A stretch of 32,000 nt of DNA, taken from Haloquadratum walsbyi C23 (lineage in GTDB: Archaea; Halobacteriota; Halobacteria; Halobacteriales; Haloferacaceae). Positions 8,691 through 18,946 of the stretch are shown here, one piece after another. The notes under the pieces were generated by a model. It was not told the DNA's origin. It made no database searches and was given only the letters and a program-made list of their open reading frames with translations. Numbering within the stretch: the stretch's first letter is position 1; each line of letters begins with the position of its first letter. Made by a program: the position numbers and the translations under genes. The stretch is from assembly GCF_000237865.1 (NCBI RefSeq), contig NC_017459.1, positions 3,090,001 to 3,122,000 on the forward strand, in the 5' to 3' direction.

Positions 8691-9698
8691 ATGAGTGCAA
8701 TTGAATTCGATGGGGTAACAAAGGTATTTGACGATATTACTGCTGTTTCAGACCTTTCGTTAAGAATCGAAACCGGCGAGGTGTTTGGGTTTCTTGGTCC
8801 AAACGGTGCTGGAAAGTCAACAACGATCAATATGTTGCTTGATTTTGTTCGTCCAACAACTGGAACCGTCACGGCACTTGGTGTTGACGCACACACTGAC
8901 AGCGTTGCTGTTCGCCGTCGAACCGGGGTTCTTCCAGAGGGGTTTGACGTCTATGATCGACTATCTGGACGCGCTCATATTGAATTCGCAATTGATTCAA
9001 AAGAAGCTGATGTTACCCCAGCAGTGATACTTGATCGTGTTGGACTCACAGACGCTGCTGACCGACCGGCGGGTGGATACTCGAAGGGAATGCAACAGCG
9101 ACTTGCACTTGGGATGGCCTTAAGCGGTAATCCAGATCTTCTCATTCTTGATGAACCTGCATCTGGACTTGACCCCGCAGGAACGAAAGCAATGCGTGAT
9201 ATTGTACGTGAAGAAGCAGCTAGCGGCACAACCGTGTTCTTTTCAAGTCATGTACTCGAACAAGTTGAAGCGGTTTGTGACCGTGTAGGGATTATGCAAG
9301 CAGGTGAATTGATTGCAGTGGATTCAATCGATGGGCTTCGGGAAACTGCAGATGTTGAGACAATTGTGTCACTAACGCTTGATACGGGTGATGTAGATAC
9401 CGCAGTGGATATGATTTCAGACATTGAAGGAGTTGACACAGTAATGCAAAGTGGATCACAATCGATTCAAGTTTCCTGCGAAAGCGCTGCAAAGACAACT
9501 GTTGTGACGAAATTGGACACAGCAGGAATCGATGTGACTGACTTTGAGACCGAATCAGCGTCGCTTGAGGATCTATTTCTCTCATACACTGACGATAATC
9601 ATACTGTTGATTCGGCAACGACGAAGAGAGCAACTAATCGGAGCACAGACATATCGACCGGTTCGAGCGAGACTGATGAGGGAACTGTTGAGCAATGA
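8691..9698 (+). CDS. ABC transporter ATP-binding protein (ABC-2 subfamily)
   Basis: Walker A 'GPNGAGKST', signature 'YSKGMQQRL' and Walker B 'LLILDEP'. I set the start at ATG 8691 ('MSAIEFDGVTKVF'); the track ORF extends to 8592 through AT-rich spacer. The stop overlaps the permease start (ATGA). Confidence 0.93.
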   Translation: MSAIEFDGVTKVFDDITAVSDLSLRIETGEVFGFLGPNGAGKSTTINMLLDFVRPTTGTVTALGVDAHTDSVAVRRRTGVLPEGFDVYDRLSGRAHIEFAIDSKEADVTPAVILDRVGLTDAADRPAGGYSKGMQQRLALGMALSGNPDLLILDEPASGLDPAGTKAMRDIVREEAASGTTVFFSSHVLEQVEAVCDRVGIMQAGELIAVDSIDGLRETADVETIVSLTLDTGDVDTAVDMISDIEGVDTVMQSGSQSIQVSCESAAKTTVVTKLDTAGIDVTDFETESASLEDLFLSYTDDNHTVDSATTKRATNRSTDISTGSSETDEGTVEQ

Positions 9699-10615
9699 CC
9701 TGGGAAGCAGTAGCAACAAAGGAGTTTCGTGATGCCATTCGATCGCGGTGGCTTCAGGGGGCAACACTTGTCCTCACAATTCTCCTAGCTGGCACGACAG
9801 GGGTGTTCTTCGGCGTGATACTTGGTTCAGAAGCACGAGAGATATCGAATCTATTTGGGATTTTCATCAATCTCGGCGTATTCAATTTTTCATTTACAGG
9901 ACTGATCGGACTTATTCTTGGGTTTATTGCACTCTCAACGACATACGGGTCAATTACCGATGAACGTGCATCAGGGTCGATCAAACTTCTTCTCTCGCTC
10001 CCAAATGATCGTCAAGATGTTGTTATTGGAAAGTTCCTTGGTCGCACTGCCGTAGTTGTCGCGTCAGTTCTCATTGCATTTATTATCACATTTATGATAC
10101 TCATCGCGACTGGAACCAGTCTACAACTTGGGATGTTTCTTCCACATATCGCACTCACAGTGCTATTAGGGATTGTTTTTGCTGCTATCGGTCTTGGAAT
10201 CTCTGCAGGCGCGGACTCAAATCGGGAGGCAACGCTCTCCGCGATGGCGCTTTATTTGATATTTGCGCTATTGTGGGGAGCGGTCGCCAGTGGAATCCCG
10301 CGAATTCTTCTAGCAGCAACTAATCAAGTAAATGGACTTTCATTGTCAGAAACAACACAAGCAACGATTGCAATTGCCTTATCATATTTAAATCCACTTC
10401 GGTTATATGAGACACTTGCAGCACAGTTGTATAGTTCACCAGCTACTGCTCGTCTTGTGACTGCATCATTGCAACAACGCGCGCTGCTCGCACCGCAATT
10501 TGAGTCGTCTGTCCCACCGTATTTCTCCGGGTGGGCATTGCTAGTTGTATTTATATTATGGGTAATTCTTCCAATTATTGTGGGATATAGCATTTTTGAG
10601 CGACGAGATTTATGA
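9695..10615 (+). CDS. ABC-2 type transporter permease
   Basis: 306 aa with about six hydrophobic helices. It is translationally coupled (ATGA) to the ATPase. The substrate is unknown. Confidence 0.85.
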   Translation: MTWEAVATKEFRDAIRSRWLQGATLVLTILLAGTTGVFFGVILGSEAREISNLFGIFINLGVFNFSFTGLIGLILGFIALSTTYGSITDERASGSIKLLLSLPNDRQDVVIGKFLGRTAVVVASVLIAFIITFMILIATGTSLQLGMFLPHIALTVLLGIVFAAIGLGISAGADSNREATLSAMALYLIFALLWGAVASGIPRILLAATNQVNGLSLSETTQATIAIALSYLNPLRLYETLAAQLYSSPATARLVTASLQQRALLAPQFESSVPPYFSGWALLVVFILWVILPIIVGYSIFERRDL

Positions 10616-10633
10616 TTTACATTATATATTAGA

Positions 10634-12946
10634 CTATGGAGGCCAGGTGAGGGTGTCATCGTGCTCTGCAAGTAGTTCTGTAAATTCCGTCTCGTTAATC
10701 TCAGGTACATCATTTCGCTCAGCGTCAATCCGTTTTGTGCTGCCAGGATTATCGCCAATAACCAGATAATCAGTGTTAGTTGAGACACTTCCCGTCGCAT
10801 TTCCCCCATGCCGTTCAATATATGTTGTTGCTGTTGTGCGTGGGACTGAAAGTGAGCCGGTGAATACAAATGTCAGATCAGAGAGTGGTGCATTTGTCGT
10901 TGCAGTTGACTGCTGTGTCTGCGGGGTAACGCCTGCTGACAGGAGATTATCAATAGCGGCGCGATTCTGTTCATTTGTAAAAAATTCCGAAATATGCGTT
11001 GAAACAGTCGGACCAATATCCTCAATCTCGCGGAGAGCAGCTTCATCAGCATCAATAATAGCATCAAAATTATTAAATGTTCCTGCGAGATTCCGTGCAA
11101 TAGTCGGGCCCACTTCTGGGATACCAAGACCAACAAGAAAGTCTGTGAGTGATGGTGTCTGCGTTTCCGAAATAGCTTGGATAAGATTTTCTGCGCTTGT
11201 CGTGCCCCAGCCATCAAGTTTAGACAGATCTGCAACTGAGAGTGTATATAGATCAGCGAGTTCTCCAATGATACCTGCCTCGACAAGTTGCTCAACTCGC
11301 TGTTCGCCAAGTCCGTCAATATCTAGTGCTGAACGGCTTCCATAATGAACGATTGTCCGGACGAGTTGTGCATCACATGTGAGCCCACCTGTGCAGAAGG
11401 CTAAGGGTCCATCTTGTTCAACAGAACTGTGACAGATTGGACACTGATTCGGAAAATTAAATGTACCCGTTGCACGTTTCTGTGTCACCTCAGCAACCTC
11501 CGGAATGACGTCGCCAGCCCGACGAACCCGCACCTCGTCACCACTATTCACGCTGAGCCGCTTAATTTCTTCAGGATTGTGTAGTGATGCACGTGATACA
11601 GTAACACCGCCGACATCCACTGGGTCAAGTAACGCCACAGGTGTTAATCGTCCTGTTCGTCCGACTTGGACGACAATGTCTGTAATGTGTGTAATCTCCG
11701 CGCGAGGAGGGAATTTATATGCGAATGCCCACCGGACTGATCGGCTTGTCGCTCCAAGTATCTCTCTATTACCACGGTCATTGACCTTGATTACAGTACC
11801 ATCAATCTCATAATTTAGCTCTGCCCGTGCTGCTTTGAGTTGGTCTCGATATGCAATTGCATCATCAATTGAGTCGACACGACTGATTCGATCATTTGTC
11901 CGAAGCCCCCATGACTGTAAGTCACTCAGTGTTGTCCATTGATCAGGTGGGAGCTCTGTTGCATCAAGAATATCATAAAAAAAACAAGACAATGGTCGCT
12001 CAGCAACAACACCTGGGTCAAGTTGTCGAAGCGTCCCAGCAGCAGCGTTTCGAGGATTCGCAAATGGTTTCTCATCACATTCAATTCGTTCGCGATTATA
12101 CTCACGAAATCCCGCTTTTGGCATATATACTTCCCCGCGAACAGCAAGATATGAGGGATAATCGCCGTGAAGTTTGAGTGGAACTGCACCAATTGTCTCC
12201 ACTTGCGCAGTCACATCATCACCACGATTGCCATCACCACGCGTTGCTGCACGGATATACTCGCCATCTTCATAGATAACCTCAACAGAGAGACCATCAA
12301 ATTTCGGCTCACAGATATACTCCAAATCACCAACGACATCGCGAACGCGCTCATCGAAGTCTCGAACCGAATCAACAGCCGTTGATTGGTCAATCGAAAG
12401 CATCGATGTAACATGTTCCACTGTCTCAAGTTCATCAAGTGGTTCACCACCGACACGACGTGTCGGACTTGCTCCGGTATCGAGATTAAATATATCTTCA
12501 AGCGCCTGAAGGCGGTCAAATAGTATATCATACGCTCGATCGGCGATGATGGGTGACGCTCTTATATAATATTGATAATCATGCTCTCTGATTGCCTCGC
12601 GGAGTTGTGTTGCCTGTTCGACAGCAGCTTCCTCTGAGAGTTGTTCAATTGGGCGGAAGTCACCGTCTATATTGTTTAGATATGAGTTATTTGGGTCCGC
12701 GTACGCAAGGGTCGTTTCGCTACTATCATCTAGCGGTTGGATAGTCCGACCGCCATCACAGATAATCTGTGAGTGCCGATGAGAGTCATTGGAATCACCT
12801 GATGGCACAACAGTGATAACAATATCATTGATGCGAGATATCATCGAGGCAATTGAATCGGAGATTGTTGTAGACATATGCATATCTGTGAATATCGCTT
12901 CGCCCATGTGTATTTGCTTGAGTGTTACTACCAGTCGACCGATCAT
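10634..12946 (-). CDS. ligA: NAD+-dependent DNA ligase (bacterial LigA type; LigN in haloarchaea)
   Basis: It has the adenylation motif 'CEPKFDGLSV', an OB fold, a Cys4 Zn finger ('CPICHSS..FCTGGLTCDAQ'), HhH repeats and a C-terminal BRCT ('LTFVFTGSLS..DYLVIGDNPGSTK'). About 100 aa precede domain Ia, and alternative in-frame Mets lie at 12907, 12883, 12877 and 12844. A TATA-like ATTATGATAA sits about 29 nt upstream of the longest start. Confidence 0.95.
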   Translation of the reverse strand: MIGRLVVTLKQIHMGEAIFTDMHMSTTISDSIASMISRINDIVITVVPSGDSNDSHRHSQIICDGGRTIQPLDDSSETTLAYADPNNSYLNNIDGDFRPIEQLSEEAAVEQATQLREAIREHDYQYYIRASPIIADRAYDILFDRLQALEDIFNLDTGASPTRRVGGEPLDELETVEHVTSMLSIDQSTAVDSVRDFDERVRDVVGDLEYICEPKFDGLSVEVIYEDGEYIRAATRGDGNRGDDVTAQVETIGAVPLKLHGDYPSYLAVRGEVYMPKAGFREYNRERIECDEKPFANPRNAAAGTLRQLDPGVVAERPLSCFFYDILDATELPPDQWTTLSDLQSWGLRTNDRISRVDSIDDAIAYRDQLKAARAELNYEIDGTVIKVNDRGNREILGATSRSVRWAFAYKFPPRAEITHITDIVVQVGRTGRLTPVALLDPVDVGGVTVSRASLHNPEEIKRLSVNSGDEVRVRRAGDVIPEVAEVTQKRATGTFNFPNQCPICHSSVEQDGPLAFCTGGLTCDAQLVRTIVHYGSRSALDIDGLGEQRVEQLVEAGIIGELADLYTLSVADLSKLDGWGTTSAENLIQAISETQTPSLTDFLVGLGIPEVGPTIARNLAGTFNNFDAIIDADEAALREIEDIGPTVSTHISEFFTNEQNRAAIDNLLSAGVTPQTQQSTATTNAPLSDLTFVFTGSLSVPRTTATTYIERHGGNATGSVSTNTDYLVIGDNPGSTKRIDAERNDVPEINETEFTELLAEHDDTLTWPP

Positions 12947-13079
12947 ATTGTACCATATTGTTCCGGCCGATTATCATAATCGCCTCTCAGGTATCTATTC
13001 AATTGTGAATAATATATTATTATATATCATACGCATAGGATAAAAAGTCATGCAGCACGTCGCAGTCCGTAACCAACGG

Positions 13080-13087
13080 TTATAAGA
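13080..13087 (+). promoter_or_regulatory. TATA-like box (TTATAAGA) about 30 nt upstream of the metY ATG
   Basis: Read directly, with spacing consistent with a leaderless transcript. Confidence 0.4.
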
Positions 13088-13112
13088 TAGTTCGCGATTA
13101 TGCATATCATAC

Positions 13113-14528
13113 ATGACTGATGGGTTCAAAACCCGGAGCCTGCATGCCGGGCAGGACCCGGATGAGACAACAGGAGCACGTGCGCCACCGCTTCATCAGA
13201 CGACTTCGTATGTGTTTGAGGATGCTGAAACAGCCGCAGATCTATATGCGCTTGCACCGGATGCTGACGGTGATGTATATTCACGAATTTCAAATCCAAC
13301 TGTCCGTACTCTTGAGGATCGACTAGCGGCACTTGAAGGAGGTGTTGCTGCCGTCGCAACCGCGTCCGGAATGGCTGCACTTGATGCAGCGACAAGTGTC
13401 CTTGCACGCGCTGGGAATAATATCGTGGTTGCTGCAGATATGTACGGTGGTACAGCAACATATTTCCGACAAATGGCGACTCGCCGGGGGATTACAATCC
13501 GAACCGTCGATACGCTTGCATATGATGAGTACACTGAGGAAATCGACAGTGAGACTGCTTTCGTTCACGTTGAGACAATCGCAAATCCATCGTTGAAAAC
13601 GCCAGATATCGAGCGAATTGCCGATATTGCACATAACGCTGAGACACCACTTGTCGTCGACAATACATTCGCAACACCGGCATTGTCGCGACCGATTGAG
13701 TATGGTGCAGATATTATCTGGGAATCAACGACAAAATGGCTTCATGGATCTGGGACGACGGTCGGTGGGATTCTCGTTGACGGCGGAACATTCCCGTGGG
13801 AGCATGCTGATTATGATGAGCTGTCAGGCGAGAACCCTACATTCGGGATCGATTTTGTTGATCGATACGGAGCAGCCGCCTTCGCACATGTCGCTCGCCA
13901 GCGTGCACTTCGGACGCTTGGTAACCAACAATCACCATTTGATGCATGGCAGACACTTCAGGGTCTTGAGACTCTCCCACTTCGGATGGAGCGTCACTGT
14001 GCAAATGCGAAGACGGTCGCTATATTCCTTCGCAATCACAATGATGTGGCATGGGTTTCATATCCAGGGTTCGAAGATCATCCAACGCATGACAAAGCAA
14101 CACAATATCTTGGGACAGATATTGTCGAATCAGGCTATGGTGGGATGCTTACCTTTGGACTTGAGGGCGGATTCGAGGTTGCAAAGCGGACTTGTGAGGA
14201 AACATCAGTAATATCATTCCTTGCAAATGTTGGCGATGCAAAGACACTGATTATTCATCCAGCATCAACAACACACGCACAGTTGAGCGCTGAGGAACAG
14301 CAAGCAGCCGGACTCACGCCTGACATGCTCCGATTATCAGTTGGGCTTGAGGATCCTGATGATATTATCGATGATCTTAATCAAGCAATCCACTCAGCAA
14401 CAATGCAATCAGAGGACTATACTCGTCGTGAGGGCACACACACGAATCTAGCTCATACCACAGACAAAAGAACCGATAGCGACTCAAATACGCGTCAAAC
14501 AGACACAGAGGTGGCTTCTTCGGAATGA
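13113..14528 (+). CDS. metY: O-acetylhomoserine sulfhydrylase (PLP-dependent Cys/Met metabolism family)
   Basis: '[10 protein letters not shown]..', 'YSRISNPT', '[11 protein letters not shown]' (PLP lysine region) and 'LRLSVGLED'. A ~45-aa Thr/Asp/Ser-rich C-terminal tail overlaps the metX start (ATGA). Confidence 0.93.
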   Translation: MTDGFKTRSLHAGQDPDETTGARAPPLHQTTSYVFEDAETAADLYALAPDADGDVYSRISNPTVRTLEDRLAALEGGVAAVATASGMAALDAATSVLARAGNNIVVAADMYGGTATYFRQMATRRGITIRTVDTLAYDEYTEEIDSETAFVHVETIANPSLKTPDIERIADIAHNAETPLVVDNTFATPALSRPIEYGADIIWESTTKWLHGSGTTVGGILVDGGTFPWEHADYDELSGENPTFGIDFVDRYGAAAFAHVARQRALRTLGNQQSPFDAWQTLQGLETLPLRMERHCANAKTVAIFLRNHNDVAWVSYPGFEDHPTHDKATQYLGTDIVESGYGGMLTFGLEGGFEVAKRTCEETSVISFLANVGDAKTLIIHPASTTHAQLSAEEQQAAGLTPDMLRLSVGLEDPDDIIDDLNQAIHSATMQSEDYTRREGTHTNLAHTTDKRTDSDSNTRQTDTEVASSE

Positions 14529-15733
14529 AAGCCCAGAGTGGAACGGCGAGTCTTGGGCGGTTCGACTTCGCCTGTGGTGATGAAATCGAGTCGCTTGAGG
14601 TTGCATACGAAGCATACGGTGAGTTTAATGGTGATAATGCAGTTTTACTTTGTCACGCACTCACCGGCAGTCAAAATGTTGCTGGTTATACTGATGAGGA
14701 AACAGATGGTCAAGCCCGCGCCTGGTGGAACGATATTGTTGGACCAGGAAAGGCAATCGACACAACAGAATATTATGTTGTTTGTGCAAATGTTCCTGGA
14801 TCATGCTACGGAACGACCGGTCCAGCATCAACAGATCCAGAAGGTGAAGTTTATGGAACAGACTTTCCACCGGTCACGGTCCAAGATTGGACTCGAGCAC
14901 AACGTCAGGTTCTCGATACTCTCGGTGTCGGCCGACTTCATGCTGTTGCTGGTGGGAGCGTTGGTGGAATGAACGCACTCGATTGGGCAAGGCAATATCC
15001 AGATGACGCTGAATGTATTATTGCTGTTGCCGCTGCACCGCGACTTGACGCACAGTCACTCGCACTCGATGCAATCGCCCGTCGAGCCATTACGACTGAC
15101 CCCAATTGGAATAATGGAGATTACTATGACGCTGAGACAACACCGACAGATGGTCTTGCAATTGCCCGTCAGATCGGGCATGTGATGTACCTCTCAAAAT
15201 CATCAATGCAACAAAAATTCGCCCGTCGGGCAGCCGGTCGTGATGCCCGTCGCGACTCATTCCCCGTCGATCCAGCAGCAGCATTCTTTCCATACCGTGA
15301 TGTTGAGTCGTATCTCGATTATCAAGCTGAGAAGTTTGTTGATCGATTCGATCCAAATTCATATCTATATCTCACACGCGCAATGGACGATTATGACCTT
15401 GCAGAGGGGTATGAAGATGATGCTCGCGCCATTGCTGCCTTTGAGGGTGAGACATTGCTGATATCATTCACTGGAGATTGGCATTTTACAACTGAGCAAT
15501 CTGAAGCGCTTGCTGAGGCGTTTCGGTCTGTATCGACACCGGTTGCACATCATGTGATTGAATCTGACCATGGGCATGATGCGTTTTTAGTCGAACCTGA
15601 CAAAGTTGGACCCCCACTGCGAGATTTCCTCGCTGATGGTATCAACGGACGAGCAGTACATGACACGGCTGACTCAAATGCCGATAATGACAGCGGATTT
15701 GCGCCAGTCCATGCATCATTATTCAGTCAGTAA
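14525..15733 (+). CDS. metX: Homoserine O-acetyltransferase
   Basis: 402-aa alpha/beta hydrolase with the nucleophile elbow 'GGSVGGM'. 'LLCHALTGS' and 'SDHGHDAFL' are typical of MetX. It is coupled to metY. Confidence 0.93.
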   Translation: MKAQSGTASLGRFDFACGDEIESLEVAYEAYGEFNGDNAVLLCHALTGSQNVAGYTDEETDGQARAWWNDIVGPGKAIDTTEYYVVCANVPGSCYGTTGPASTDPEGEVYGTDFPPVTVQDWTRAQRQVLDTLGVGRLHAVAGGSVGGMNALDWARQYPDDAECIIAVAAAPRLDAQSLALDAIARRAITTDPNWNNGDYYDAETTPTDGLAIARQIGHVMYLSKSSMQQKFARRAAGRDARRDSFPVDPAAAFFPYRDVESYLDYQAEKFVDRFDPNSYLYLTRAMDDYDLAEGYEDDARAIAAFEGETLLISFTGDWHFTTEQSEALAEAFRSVSTPVAHHVIESDHGHDAFLVEPDKVGPPLRDFLADGINGRAVHDTADSNADNDSGFAPVHASLFSQ

Positions 15734-15808
15734 TCCATATTCGATAGTGAATGGATTGGTATCGCGAGGTCGATATCATAAAGCTGCCGGGCGGCAGAGC
15801 ACTTTAAT

Positions 15809-17029
15809 GTGAACGGTGTCCTCTCCAAGCGGTGGCGACCAGTCGGTCTCGTCGCCGGATGGCAGACTGCTGCGAGTCTATGTTATTATAGCATCTTTGC
15901 AGCGACTGATTTCATTCGCGATACATTCGAGCTTTCAGAATCGCTTGTTGGATTATTTCTTGCTGCAGCGTTGATTGGATACACACTTACCCTGTTTCCA
16001 AGCGGGGCTGCTGTGGATGGCTATGGGGAGCGCCCCGTGATGATTGTTGGACTTCTTGGGCTCGCGATTGCAGCAATCGGCGTTTCATTTGCTCCAACAT
16101 ATCTCACAATTCTAATTGCGGCTGGGGTGCTTGGTGCTGCATACTCAACAGCAATGCCAGCTTCAAATCGTGGTATTGTTGCTAATGCTCCTGCTGGACA
16201 AGCAAACCTTGCAATGGGGCTAAAACAAGTTGGTGTCACAACGGGAAGTGCAGCGGCATCAATTGTCATCACTGGCGTCGCTGCAGTCGTGGTGTGGCCG
16301 GTCGGGTTTTGGATAATCGCTCTTATTGCGGGTGGGTACGCACTCGGGTTCACTGGGGCATACACTGGTAAGTCTGGCTCAGGAGAGGTTGCAATGCCGG
16401 ATGTATGGGGATTGATGAGACGTCAAAAATATCTGTTACTCGTTGCTGCTGGATTATTTATTGGTGCGTCGATCTTTACGATGCTTGGATATGTTGTATT
16501 ATATATTGTTGATACCGTACATCTCGGTTCGCGTATGAGCAGTTTTGGTATCACTGCTACTGTTGTTGGAGGTGGCGTGCTTGCACTGACACAACTTACC
16601 GGTAGCGCTGCTCGTGTCGTAGCTGGAGATCTTGCTGATCGCTTACGCAATCGTTATATAAATGATTCACAGGGAGCCGCAGTCGTCGCAACTGCTCAAC
16701 TGACTCTGGGGGCGGTACTGTTTGCTGCGCTTGCAGTCGGTCCACAATCGATATTACTTGTAAGCATCGTATTTGTCGGTCTTGGATTATCAATTCACGG
16801 CTCCACGGGTGTGTTTTATTCTTGTCTGACAGATCTCGTTGATGATGCTGAACTTGGTGCTGCGACTGCAGGGGGGCAGACAGCAATCAATATCGGTGGT
16901 ATCTTGACACCACCATTATTTGGGATCATTGTCGAAATATCAGGATATCGTCTTGCGTGGGTCCTACTTGCAGGGCTGAGTGGAATTGCAGCAGTTCTTC
17001 TGGCAGTTATTGTACATATCAGCCGGTAG
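15809..17029 (+). CDS. MFS transporter
   Basis: 406 aa with about 12 hydrophobic helices and a central loop ('..KSGSGEVAMPDVWGLMRRQK..'). GTG start. ATATCATAAA lies about 31 nt upstream. Confidence 0.85.
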   Translation: MNGVLSKRWRPVGLVAGWQTAASLCYYSIFAATDFIRDTFELSESLVGLFLAAALIGYTLTLFPSGAAVDGYGERPVMIVGLLGLAIAAIGVSFAPTYLTILIAAGVLGAAYSTAMPASNRGIVANAPAGQANLAMGLKQVGVTTGSAAASIVITGVAAVVVWPVGFWIIALIAGGYALGFTGAYTGKSGSGEVAMPDVWGLMRRQKYLLLVAAGLFIGASIFTMLGYVVLYIVDTVHLGSRMSSFGITATVVGGGVLALTQLTGSAARVVAGDLADRLRNRYINDSQGAAVVATAQLTLGAVLFAALAVGPQSILLVSIVFVGLGLSIHGSTGVFYSCLTDLVDDAELGAATAGGQTAINIGGILTPPLFGIIVEISGYRLAWVLLAGLSGIAAVLLAVIVHISR

Positions 17030-17054
17030 GAGTGATACGTTCTTTTCTTAGAAT

Positions 17055-17080
17055 AATATTCTCGCTCTAAGGAGAATATT
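17055..17080 (+). terminator. Hairpin AATATTCTC-(8 nt)-GAGAATATT just downstream of the MFS stop
   Basis: A perfect 9-bp inverted repeat read directly, 26 nt after the stop and followed by T-rich sequence. Its function is not established. Confidence 0.25.
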
Positions 17081-17253
17081 TATATTGACCGCCGATAGAG
17101 GTGCTAAGATGGATATGAACATTCAATTTCACCCATACATCATATTCTATTATATTTACTACATCTGATAACTGGCACTGAGTTTGTATGAATAGAAGCT
17201 GATGGTAGCCTGTAAGAGTTAAATCTGAGCCGAGAGTATGTGCTGATGTAATT

Positions 17254-18723
17254 GTGACTGTAAGCGCGGATACGGTATCGGAATCAGACACTATTCCGGT
17301 TCCAGAACTTGAACAAAAAGCAACTGCCTGTGCGAAGCGTCTCCGCGCAGCAGAGCGTGTTCTCGTTGCCTCACATATTGACGCTGACGGATTAACAAGT
17401 GCTGCGATTGCAGTACAGGCACTCAAACGGGCTGATATTCCGTGTGAAGCAGTATTTGCAAATCAGCTTGATGCCGGTGAAGTTAAGCGAATTGCAGCGA
17501 GTAAGTATGATACAGTCTTGTTCACCGACTTTGGAAGTGGACAGCTTGATATCATTGATCCATATGTTAGGAATGGAGATTTTGAGGCGGTCATCGCTGA
17601 CCATCATCAGCCAGCGATGACTCATGATGATAATCCAGCCTTTTCATTACAATATCATCTAAATCCACTGTTGGTTGGGATTGATGGGGCGAGTCAGCTT
17701 TCAGGAGCAGGTGCGAGTTATATTCTTGCACAAGCACTTGAGGGTGACACTACAGAGACCGATAATCGTGATCTCGCTGCTCTTGCAGTTGTCGGGGCAG
17801 TCGGTGATATGCAAAGTTCCACAGATGGACTTACCGGTGCGAACGCAGCGATTGTTGAACAGGGAATAGCTGCTGGGGTGATTGAAGAAACTACGGATAT
17901 TCTTATATATGGTCGTCAGACCCGTCCACTTCCGAAACTCCTTGAGTACGCAAATGATGTCCAAATCCCAGGAATCACAAATAACGAATCTGGTGTTGCA
18001 GCGTTCCTCGACGATATTGATATTCCAATACGATCAGATGGTGAGTGGCGTCGATGGATTGACCTGACAATGGATGAACGTCAGACCGTTGTGAGCGGAC
18101 TGTTGAACCGCGCAATCGCGTCTGGTGTTTCGGCTGAACAGGTGAATGATCTTGTTGGAACAACATATACGCTCACTACAGAAGCGCCTGGCACAGAATT
18201 ACGCGATGTAAGCGAGTTCTCGACGTTACTGAATGCGACTGCACGATACAGCAGAGCTGATGTTGGGCTTGCAGTGTGTCTTGGGAATCGTGACGCAGCA
18301 CTAACCGAGGCTCGTCATTTGCTGCAGACGCATCGACAGAATCTTTCAGAGGGACTGCAGTGGGTTACCGCAGAGGGGACAACGACTGAATCAAATGTGC
18401 AGTGGTTTGATGCTGGTGGGCGGATTCGCGAGACAATCGTCGGTATTATCGCTGGAATGGCAGTCGGTGCTGAGGGAATTCGGGATGATCTTCCCATTTT
18501 AGCGTTCGCTGAGAAGTCAGAAACGAAACTAAAGGTGAGTGCACGTGGATCACAGCAGCTTGTTCGTAATGGGCTTGACCTCTCAACAGTGATGCAAGAG
18601 GCAGCAAGCGCTGTTGGTGGTGAGGGCGGTGGGCATGATATCGCGGCAGGGGCAACAATCCCGATAAATGAACGTTCAGCATTTCTTGAAATAGTTGACA
18701 AGACTGTCGGTGAGCAATTATAA
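17254..18723 (+). CDS. RecJ-like DHH/DHHA1 phosphoesterase (archaeal RecJ/Cdc45 family nuclease)
   Basis: DHH motifs 'ASHIDADGLTS', 'LFTDFG', 'IADHHQP' and 'VGAVGDM', plus DHHA1 'GGGHDIAAGA'. GTG start. I cannot tell which haloarchaeal RecJ paralog it is. Confidence 0.85.
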   Translation: MTVSADTVSESDTIPVPELEQKATACAKRLRAAERVLVASHIDADGLTSAAIAVQALKRADIPCEAVFANQLDAGEVKRIAASKYDTVLFTDFGSGQLDIIDPYVRNGDFEAVIADHHQPAMTHDDNPAFSLQYHLNPLLVGIDGASQLSGAGASYILAQALEGDTTETDNRDLAALAVVGAVGDMQSSTDGLTGANAAIVEQGIAAGVIEETTDILIYGRQTRPLPKLLEYANDVQIPGITNNESGVAAFLDDIDIPIRSDGEWRRWIDLTMDERQTVVSGLLNRAIASGVSAEQVNDLVGTTYTLTTEAPGTELRDVSEFSTLLNATARYSRADVGLAVCLGNRDAALTEARHLLQTHRQNLSEGLQWVTAEGTTTESNVQWFDAGGRIRETIVGIIAGMAVGAEGIRDDLPILAFAEKSETKLKVSARGSQQLVRNGLDLSTVMQEAASAVGGEGGGHDIAAGATIPINERSAFLEIVDKTVGEQL

Positions 18724-18946
18724 AATAACTACTTTGTCTGACTCACTCGCCACTTGCACGATTCGTTTAGTTGAGAGATACACTCTCACACCTACCGAAC
18801 ATAGGTGAGAGGAAGAGGTCGAGGTCACTGACAAGCCCCACCCTCACCGAGCGAGCCAGTTACGGCGAGCGAAGTAGGGTGATTCGTTGAGGTAGCCATC
18901 TTAATCTAACATTCATCCGGGTGGCGAAACGACTATACTCACGCCT

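Noticed and set aside
10324-10869. 181-aa minus-strand ORF spanning the permease end and the ligase 3' end
   Set aside because: It overlaps two well-supported genes in other frames or strands and has no recognisable motifs.
13618-14211. 197-aa + strand ORF inside metY
   Set aside because: It is an alternative frame of a strongly supported PLP-enzyme gene, and its translation is basic and low in complexity.
18839-18881. Long-range pairing CACCCT..AGGGTG as an RNA stem
   Set aside because: It forms only 6 bp, with a poorly paired interior. The apparent GAGCGAGC / GCGAGCGA similarity is direct, not complementary.
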